From: Rhynchopus sp. YZ270_cl-10
Taxonomy: Eukaryota
Reading direction: 5' to 3'
Assembly (NCBI GenBank): GCA_964035575.1
Contig: OZ037847.1
Span: 1,550,001 to 1,614,000, forward strand
Length of the DNA: 64,000 nucleotides
The notes under the pieces are model-generated. The model saw only the letters and a list, made by a program, of their open reading frames with translations. It had not been told where the DNA came from and searched no databases. Position numbers and translations under genes: made by a program. Numbering within the stretch: position 1 is the stretch's first letter; each line of letters starts with the position of its first letter. Of this stretch, positions 47,828-57,425 are shown piece after piece.

Positions 47828-49945
47828 ATGGGATGCGTATGTGGGGTGGAGTACCCGCCCAACCAGGAAGGCGACCCGCCTGACATGTACGACGAGCGGT
47901 GGGACCGTTACCGCTTTGCGGACATCTGCAAAGGTAGCGACGGGTACAGTGCTGAAGAGCCATCGGCAAAGTCGAGGAAGTGGCAGTTCCGAATAGATAG
48001 TTGGAAGGCACGTATTGCGTTTCGATCGCGGAAGCTGAACCGCGGGCACATCAAGGTCGCTAATGAGTATACCGACAGGGAGCCACGTGTCCTCAACAAC
48101 ACCGACAACGACCAGAACAAACACCTGTCGCCCATCGAGAAGGAGAAGATCCGGCAGTGGATGAACTCAATCAACACAGCCGAGACGCAGCGACACGACA
48201 TCAGCACTAGCTTCTGCAGGTCACGTGTCTCACTGCAGACGATTTACACACAGGACGACGTAGAGTTGATACGGTCAGGTTCACACACGGAAGGGGTATG
48301 TACCATGCTGAGTTGCGTAGGGTCGGCTTTTTATGGACCTATTTTATGTTTCTGTTTTGAGTTGTGAGATAGCATGCTTAATGTGCCATCTTCAGAGGAT
48401 GCTGGCATGGGGAACACACAACACGCCTTATTGCATGAAAACCTTTCTACCACTTTCAAAGCGTCTACAACCCAAAAGCCTTATGGCAATGTAAATGCAA
48501 AACCACCCCCTTTCTGCAGATGGCCGACCCTATGAGGCTGACGGACACAGCACAGATGAGTCGATTGCAGGGGCACCTCGAACGGCAGCGTCGTGCACGC
48601 GGCAATGCTAGGAAGAGCACGACACACTCCACCACTATGCCAAGAACGAGCAACGTGCAGGCATCGCATGCAAACAGCAACCAGCCAGCATCGCAGGCAC
48701 CGTCCCAAGCATTACCGAACGACCACGAACTGTATGAGCATATTTTTTTTTGTTTTTGTGTGTGACTGAATGTCTCTGGCAGTTCGTAGAGTCTGGAACT
48801 TTGTCACCTTTTGACCACCTGTGGTGATCTTTAAACCGCCAGTAATCAGGCCTTTTGCTAACTTTGGGATTTTCCCCCTGAATGGCATGATGGTCAAAAA
48901 AAAATAATTTCCTGGAAAAAAAAGTACATTCCGAGCTTTCCCACCTGGTGAAAGCGGTCGTCGCGCGCTTCGCGCGCGCCTCCCTGCCAGCCACAGGGTG
49001 GAGAGGCGAAGGGTCAGCTTTGCGAGATAACAAAAAAAAAACGGAATCTAATCCTTTATTAACGGTGCTTGGTCTTGCGCCTTACGTACACTAACAGTAC
49101 AAAATCAATACGTCTTCCAGAAGCAGGGGCTGTTGCAACGGTTGGGTCACTTTGAAATAACAATGGTCAAATTTTTGCAGCTTGGGTCAAGTTTCATTTC
49201 TGGCTGCAAAATGCAAGGGAATCCCCTTAGACATTGTAAAATGGCACCGTAGGCAGGAAGAAAATAGCGTACAGCGCGAGCGAAGCGAGCGGGAATTTTT
49301 TTTTGAGGTAACCTCTGCGAGCGCAGCGAGCAGAAAAATTTTAAGGTGCCATCATGCCATCATGCCATCATGCCATCATGCCATCATGCCATCATGCCAT
49401 CATGCCATCATGCCATCATGCCATCATGCCATCATGCCATCTGGGGAAATCCCCAGGTGATGCAGAGCGAAAGCCCTGCCCAACCACCCCCCGTGGCATG
49501 ATGGTGGCATGATGGAAAAAAAAATAAAAAACGCCCAAAAACGTGGCATGATGGCATGATGGTTAGCAAAAGGCCTGGCCAGTAATCCCAAAAAAAAAAA
49601 AAAAATCCAAAAAATCCCAGGGGGGTAAACCGCCCCCCTCCAACCCCCCTGCAAAAAACCCTGCATACCACTAACTTTCAATACCAACCCTCCTACAGCG
49701 GCATTGAGATGGAGGAAGATCCCGACGCAGACTCGCTAGAAGGCAGCCCACGGGTTGCGAAGAGCAGCCGTCTCTCCTCGGCCTCGTGGGGCATGGGTGG
49801 GGGCTCGCTCAGCCGCCAGCACTCACCTCTGTCTGTACGCACTGCATCGCCTACAAGAAACCTGAAGCACTCTCCATCCAAAAACGACCTGCAGCCCATC
49901 CGCGAAGAGTACGAAAGACTTCGGAACAGCATGAAATTGACATAA
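47828..49945 (+). CDS. Three-exon hypothetical protein with N-terminal MGCVCG acylation-type motif
   Basis: Exons 47828-48295, 48520-48731, 49699-49945 join in frame via GTATG...CAG introns and link three separately listed ORFs. Confidence 0.7.
48847..49577. mobile_element. Intronic non-autonomous TIR element with 9-bp TSD
   Basis: TIR CAGGCCTTTTGCTAAC; GCCAGTAAT flanks both ends. Contains (GCCATCAT)n at 49348-49441 and GNA mini-hairpins. Confidence 0.8.
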
Positions 49946-52900
49946 CCGTCGATTCTTATGTTTATCTTACAAAACCATTTCTAGGATGCATCATCGCACC
50001 TATGCTTTCAAAACGCAAGGGAGCAAACCCATCACAGTCTTCGCCAACTCTCATGTGTAGAGTACAGATTTATCTTCTATTTTGACATTGATTATCGTGG
50101 TTGTCTCAATTATTTGATGGCTTGCAGCCTCGATAAGGGGAAGGGGAAAGGGGGAGGGAAGGGGAGTGGTATAACTAATACTACCGTTAGCGTATTTTTT
50201 TTTGAAGATTGTTGTTCAGTGATGTGTTCTCCATCTCTCTCCCCGCTCCCCCCCGTTTTATTTCACAAAAGAAACCAATATGTCACCAAATAAAAAAGCT
50301 CAGAATAAACAATAGACCAATACTTTCCCGGTCATGTTTCCTATTACAAACTTCTTTGAATATGTTGAGGTGCACATCGAAACATATTTTGTTGAAATTT
50401 TCTGGCTTTTTCTGAACTTTTCCCAGCTACTTTTTTGGTCGAGTAGCCGACTTTTCTGGTCGAGTAGCTATTTTCACTTTTCTGGTGTATGAGTAGGTTT
50501 TCTGGGTGGGAGACTGGATTCTGGGTACAGTGTGTGTCTGGGTACCCAGGCACCTGGGTACTGGTGTATTTTCGGCCCAGGTACCCAGGTACACGGTACA
50601 CTGGTGTAGAAGGAAAAAAGTCGTGAAAGAGCAACCACAGCTCCGCATGACAAACACAAAAGTGTCCAGTCACGTGGGGCATTCATACACTGAGGAGATA
50701 ATAATCCAACAATTTACAAGAAATCATTACTTAACCTACTGCTGGAAGTTGCCAGGTCGTAGTAACACACAAAGTGTGCCTCCGTTCGGGAATACCGGAG
50801 ACCAAAAAGGCCTCTTCCGCTAGTCAAGGTATAACCGAATGAACGGCCCAAGACCCCCGTGGAGAAGTTAAATGTTGTAATGCTATCAAGTACAAACTGC
50901 GACCACTGTCTTACCCTCCTCAATGCATGGTGGAAGATGTCTTTGACAACAAATATCCTGTACACAGGTACACAGATAAAACCCGTTAAAATTGTGTGTG
51001 AAAGTTCCTCAAAGCCAGAAAATTTCAACAAAGCCCTGTTTTCACCTCCCAAAAAGTCGTTTTCTCTTGATTCGTGATTTCTGAGTGTGCACTCAGAAAA
51101 CACTCATCAAGAAAACGACTTTTCTGGTCGGTAAAAAATAGCTATGTATTCATTTTTTTTTATCTACCTACAAGCGTAGCTTAAAGGAGAAATAGCTGGT
51201 CGCCAATCCCCAACAGGGTAATTGAGCAATCAACGAAAAATATTTTTTTCCTTTTCCTTTACCTATCAGGGTTACTGTTTTTGTTCCCTTTTTGTGTGTG
51301 TTTTGCAAAATAGTTTCTCTTTTCTTTTTGGTGACTATGCAGGAGGCTTTGATTCATTTTGTCATATTTTCCCTCTTTTTTTTTTCTCTTTTTTTTTCTA
51401 GGCATATTTAAAGAGATGCATATTCATCTCTTTCGACTTTCTTTTTCCGGTGAGGCGTTTGCACTTTCAACTTTTTCTGGATCCCCAAAAAAAGGGGATC
51501 AAAGGGAAATACCCCAGGGAAAAGTGAAAAAAAAGCGGAGAAAAACGAATAATGGTGCTGCAGTAATGGTGTTTGCGATTCCGAACACTTTCTTTCATGT
51601 TTCACCACAAAGTACAAATCCCCCCATCCTTTTTTCGGCAAAACAAAAAATAAAAGCCAAAAGCCAAAGCAATGCGGAACCAACCATTTTTTTCTTAAAA
51701 CCAATTTTTTCATTGATTCCCCCCATCCGACCCAAAGCATGGATGTGATGATGACACGTTCATTATATTTTCAAGTAAATGTTGTTTGTAGATCATGTCT
51801 CGGGGAGGGGAAAGGGGGGTGCTCCACTGTCAGGGATGTGCACGAGGCTCGTGTCAATGGACACGGCTGCACCTGGATAAACAGAGAGTAACAACTCATC
51901 TGAGAGCACTCCCCGCTCCCAGCTCCGTTAAAAAATGCGAAACTATCGCGTATGACACATAGTGTCAAAATACACTTTACCCCAGAATTGCAAAACTTGG
52001 TTGTATTAATGTAGGTCCGTGGAAGCGTCGCAACACGAGTCTAGGTTACCCCACGCCATTGTGTTCGCTCACACCAACATCAGGAGCGTTGTTCAACGAT
52101 CGGTAACACCAAATAGTCGATCCGTTGTACTGTCTCCTGTGGTCTTTCTGTATTCAGCTGTGCCGCAGGTCCTTCTCGGTGACGCTCTCCTCCACCATCA
52201 CGTCCACCTGAGCCTGCATCATCCAAACTCTTTTCTTCTTTATTCATGTCCAAAGCAGACTATGGGAGAGGCTAGCCTTCTCTGTCAGGGGACTGCCACT
52301 GGTACGGGACCAATGAAGTGCAGGATTATTTTTGAGATATTTTTCGATATTTGGAGAGGCAGTTCTCTCAATTGTACAACATGTTTTGTTTTGGTTTGTC
52401 TTTTTGTCTTTTTGTGTGTGTGTGTGTATCTGCTTGATATGGCTACCAGACCGTTTGTCGGTATCACTCCCCTCCCTTCTGACTTTTTGGTACTTTGTTG
52501 GATCCAATCAATTGTTGTCTTTCCACCCCCCATATGTCACTTCATTGAGTTCACGGCTAGCACCAAGGTCACTGTGTTGAACAAACACCAAAGCCATGGA
52601 AACAGATCTCCAAAAGATTTTTTTTTTCTGTTTTGTGACTGTCTCCGGCAGCTATACAGCAGATTGTCAAAAAAAAATTATTAAAACCCCTGGTGAAAAA
52701 TTGATGGGAGTTGCCAGAATACCTGATGTGCGAAAACCGCGAGTTTTTTTTCTCTTTTTTTTTTCTTTCTTTTCCTCAGTGTCTCCGTCCCAGAGGCGTT
52801 TGCACTATCAACCCCACTTTTTTTTTTCCGTTTGTAGTTGTGATGTCCAACATTCTGGTTGAGTATGATTCAATCTGAGCAATGTATTGTGATTATTTTC

Positions 52901-52952
52901 TAAATTATTATTTTGTTATACCGTATTCGGAAAAATGTTGCAACGTAAAAAT

Positions 52953-54228
52953 CACGGTACCATAAAGATCTTAAGGAAGATATTTGTGTTTTTTCAGGAT
53001 TCCTGGAAATCCTGACACTTTGTGTTTTTTTTTTCCAGGATTTTTCAAGATCCTGACGATTTGTGTTTTTTTTTTTTTTTTACCAGGGGGCTTCTCTATG
53101 TTGTAGGCATACAGAGGTACAGATTTTACAGACCGGGGCCGCAACTGGCTGGGATGTCACGAAACTGACAAAAAAAGTGGTTTTCGACCTTTTTTTTGGC
53201 CTGCTGTACTGTACTGTACTGTACTGTACTGTACTGTACTGTACTGTACTGTACTGTACTGTACTGTACTGTACTGTACTGTACTGTACTGTACTGTACT
53301 GTACTGTACTGTACTGTACTGTACTGTACTGTACTGTACTGTACTGTACTGTACTGTACTGTACTGTACTGTACTGTACTGTACTGTACTGTACTCCCAA
53401 TCCCCTGTGTATACTGTGTATACTGTGTATACTGTGTATACTGTGTATACTGTGTATATTGTGTATACTGTGTATACTGTGTATACTGTGTATACTGTGT
53501 ATACTGTGTATACTGTGTATACTGTGTATACTGTGTATACTGTGTATACTGTGTATACTGTGTATACTGTGTATACTGTGTATACTGTGTATACTGTGTA
53601 TACTGTGTATACTGTGTATACTGTGTATACTGTGTATACTGTGTATACTGTGTATACTGTGTATACTGTGTTTTCTGTGTATACTGTGTATACTGTGTAT
53701 ACTGTGTATACTGTGTATACTGTGTATACTGTGTATACTGTGTATACTGTGTATACTGTGTATACTGTGTATACTGTGTATACTGTGTATACTGTGTATA
53801 CTGTGTATACTGTGTATACTGTGTATACTGTGTATACTGTGTATACTGTGTATACTGTGTATACTGTGTATACTGTGTATACTGTGTATACTGTGTATAC
53901 TGTGTATACTGTGTATACTGTGTATACTGTGTATACTGTGTATACTGTGTATACTGTGTATACTGTGTATACTGTGTATACTGTGTATACTGTGTATACT
54001 GTGTATACTGTGTATGTTGGAAATTGACCAAAAACGAGAACTTGTCCATTTCGGCAAATTGACCCCACCACTGGCCGGATGGATTCCGGAAATGCAAATG
54101 CCGGCGTTTCTAAGCAAGTTCTAAGCAAGAGAAAAAAAAACACAAATTGTCAGGATCTTGATCAGGAAGAAGAAGATTTGAGTCCGTGGAAAAAAAAAAA
54201 TCTTCTTTAAGAACTCTCTGGTACCGTG
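52953..54228. mobile_element. CACGGTACC-TIR element (AAAAAT TSD) filled with microsatellites
   Basis: Imperfect ~30-bp TIRs; second inner inverted pair CAAGATCCTGAC..TTTGTG; AAAAAT duplicated at 52947-52952 and 54229-54234. Confidence 0.7.
53204..54015. repeat. Compound microsatellite: (CTGTA)n 53204-53395 plus (CTGTGTATA)n 53405-54015
   Basis: Directly visible arrays separated by a CCCAATCCC spacer; two point variants noticed in the 9-mer array. Confidence 0.97.
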
Positions 54229-55349
54229 AAAAATGTTGGAACGTAAAAATGTTGTAACGGAATAATGTTGTAACGCTGCGGATCGCGGGAAGTTGTAACT
54301 TTATTCCGTTACAACATTTTTATGACTGGGGTGAACTTTGTCTTAGGGATTTTTTTTGGAACAGTCGGCATAATCCCCAACCTCACACACCACACCCCAA
54401 TTTCAAGCCGATAATTCGTGTTTCAGGTTTTTCGACGTCCTCCCCCACCCCTCACCCAAATAAAAAATGAAACAAATGGGATTAGCCCAATTCTGCAAGC
54501 GCCGCAATCCCCACGAGCCTGTTTCGGAAGGAGGAGATGCCCCCAACCTGGCGTTCCTTGCTGGTAGCGCCGCAAGCGCAGTGGGGCTAGACGACAGCAC
54601 ATCTCGTGCGTCGCAAATGAGGTCAGCGCTGCAAGCAGCACGCGAGCGGGAAAGGATAGTAAACGTACCCCCTTGCCCTGTCCAGTTTGATGTGGAACAA
54701 AAAAAGTCGAGCCTACGGCTAAGTTGAACAACACCAAAAAAAAAAAAAAAAAAACATCATCCCCCCGCCCCCCGCCCTTTTTTCACCACCGTCAGAGGCA
54801 CAAGATTTTTCTTTTCAAAAACCACCCCCGCACCAGCAAAAATCCCTAAGACAAAGGGGGATCCGTAAATAGACCGGCAACGACCAGACACGTAATTAGT
54901 GTGTATAGCCGGTCTTTAGCCGGTCTTTAGGGTCCGTAAAAAGACCGGCTCTTAAGGATTACCGGCTATAAGGGCCGGTCCTACCCACCCTCGAAAAAGA
55001 CCGGCAGACCGGGTGTACAATTGTACACACAAAAAATACCCGATTTTTTGGAAAAAACCAAAGGGGGGACCCTTTGGTCGTCGAAATTCCCCAGCCAAAA
55101 TTGGTCGCAAAATCGGCCGATTTTTCAAAAATCTCAAAAAAAAAAAATCCCAAAATTTTTTTTTCACAAGTGTTTTTGAGGCCTGTTCACTACACCCTAG
55201 GCACCCTCCTGGGACCAAAAAGTCAAAAAAAGCAAGAATTGAGCTGTTTTGAGCATCTAGAGTTTATTCCCCAGCCATTTTCTGCACCACCAGTGCACTT
55301 TGTATGGGCCAGCGCCTTGTCAAAAAATCGAAAAATCTCAAAAAAAAAA

Positions 55350-57214
55350 GGGGAATAGTCAGATTTACCCTACCCTATTTTGAAAAAGTTCAGACTTGCC
55401 CTATGAAAAAGTTCAGACTTGCCCGAAAATAAGTTCAGACTTGCCCTAAAAACTTTTTTAGGGCAAGTCTGAACTTATTTTCGGGCAAGTCTGAACTTAT
55501 TTTAGGGCAAACACTTTTTTAGGGCAAGTCTGAACTTATTTTCGGGTAAGTCTGAACTTATTTTAGGGTAAGTCTGAACTTATTTTAGGGCAACAAGTCA
55601 GGCCACTTTGGCTGGGGCACTCTTGGGGCCCCACATGGTATGACTTGTTATATTGCCCTAAAATGCCTAACTGAGCCGGAGCCCAAAAATGATGCCAGAA
55701 ACCACCAGCCACCCGGAAAGGGTGAGCAGGCAGTCCACGTTGGGCCAGAACCGGTTACAAGGAAGCCGTGTTCTGGGGCAACGTGGGGCGCAAAGTTTTA
55801 CAATTTTCATGCACGGGTGCTCCACAAATTACCAAGTATTCCTTCTTTGTTGAATTGAGAGAGAGTCAGTGTTTAGCTACCACGAGGGCGTGCTTAGAAT
55901 TCCTTCGAGGCCGGCACAATTTTATTTATGTGGTCGGTTAAGACGAGCCTATGAAGAACAACGAGGTCATCGTTGAAAGGAGCGAACTCCCCTTCCCACA
56001 ACATCTCTCACACTTCAACTCAGAATTCATACTTGGTTATTTGCTTTGTCCATACGCAATCAAATTGTCATGCTTTCAAGAGCATGCCTGGCCAAAATGC
56101 AACAACGTGGGAAAAATCGTTGTTGTTCCAAAAGGCAACAAGACCACCCACAAGGGGTGTTGAATTGTGCACTGTCCGGGGGAGCGCAAAGTTTTTTCCC
56201 TGTACACAGTGGACACATCTTTATCACTTTGGTCCCACGGGGACACATTTGGATACTGCACGCATGCAGAAGTGCCAAACATGTCCGCACGTGGAGTGGA
56301 GTGTCCATCATGTTTTCCTGGTTTCCAAAAAGCAGTTTTCTTGCACTTACTATTTGCCCCGGTGTCTGGCAATAGAAGTGGCTAACATTGTAATGAGTAG
56401 CATATACATACCGTTGTGATCCAAATGAGTAAGGCGACCAACAAAGTCCTCTGGAATTTTTTGTTGTGTCGACAATCGCCGAGTAATCCCAGAGAATTAG
56501 GGTCTGGCCGAAGCCTTTTGTACTACGGAAGGTAGCAACCTTTCAGAGCAACTATTAGCAAGAAAAGAATCAGGTTTTGGAGGTTACAGTCCTCGTTTAA
56601 AAAGTTAAAGGTAGAGGTGGGGAAACTGTAGCTATAGAAATCGTTGTTGCAGTAGTGTAGACACCCGAGGGTGCACCACTATGCTTTCTTTGGTTGTATC
56701 GATCACCTACAGAGGTAGGATGTACACAATGTCGCCCGAAGGCTTTGTACTTAATCGGTATTTTTTTTGTTACTACTACGTCGTGTACCAGGAGGAGTCG
56801 CGTTTGGGTACGTCTTTCTTCTGTTTTCTGTTTTCTGTACGGGTCTCGGTTCGCGGTGTAGTGCAGTGCGGCGCGAAAAGCTGCATACCATAGGTTGCTC
56901 ATTTCACTACCAGGACTCGAGTCGCGAATAGCAGAATCACAAGAATCGACACAGCAGAAAGTTCTGAAACGCAAAAACGACGACCGCCGGGCTCTGTGAC
57001 CCAAGAGCTCCCAACTTGCCCTAAAAATAAGTTCAGACTTGCCCCAAAAAAGTTCAGACTTGCCCTAAAAAAAGTGTTTGCCCTAAAAATAAGTTCAGAA
57101 TTGCCCCAAAAAAGTTCAGACTTGCCCTAAAAGTGTTTTTAGGGCAAGTCTGAACTTATTTGGGGCAAGTCTGAACTTTTTCAAAATAGGGTAGGGTAAA
57201 TCTGACTATTCCCC
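55350..57214. mobile_element. Foldback/MULE-like element inserted in poly(A), carrying a decayed ORF
   Basis: TIR GGGGAATAGTCAGATTTACCCTACCCTATTTTGAAAAAGTTCAGACTTGCCC; AAGTTCAGACTTGCCC subrepeats in both orientations; A10 on both flanks. Confidence 0.8.
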
Positions 57215-57425
57215 AAAAAAAAAATTTTTTTTTCGGGAAAATTTCGACCCCTGAGTTGGGTTTTTGGGCACCAAAAAGTGCAAAAAAACGCAAAAATCGG
57301 GTGTTTTGACGATCTGGGGGTAAACCATATGCATTATGCACCTTATGCATTACTACAGGGCCCACAATTTCGGCTTTTCCTTAGCAAATTCCGCCACAAT
57401 TTTTTTTTTTTTTTTCGATTTTGGC

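Noticed and set aside
50427..52684. Several 100-220 aa ORFs and a weak AGCTA-ended inverted repeat
   Set aside because: No recognisable motifs, splice pattern or TSD; probably decayed element sequence.
53063..54143. 200-350 aa ORFs on both strands (LYCTV / CIL / TQY / YTV repeats)
   Set aside because: Artefacts of stop-free microsatellites.
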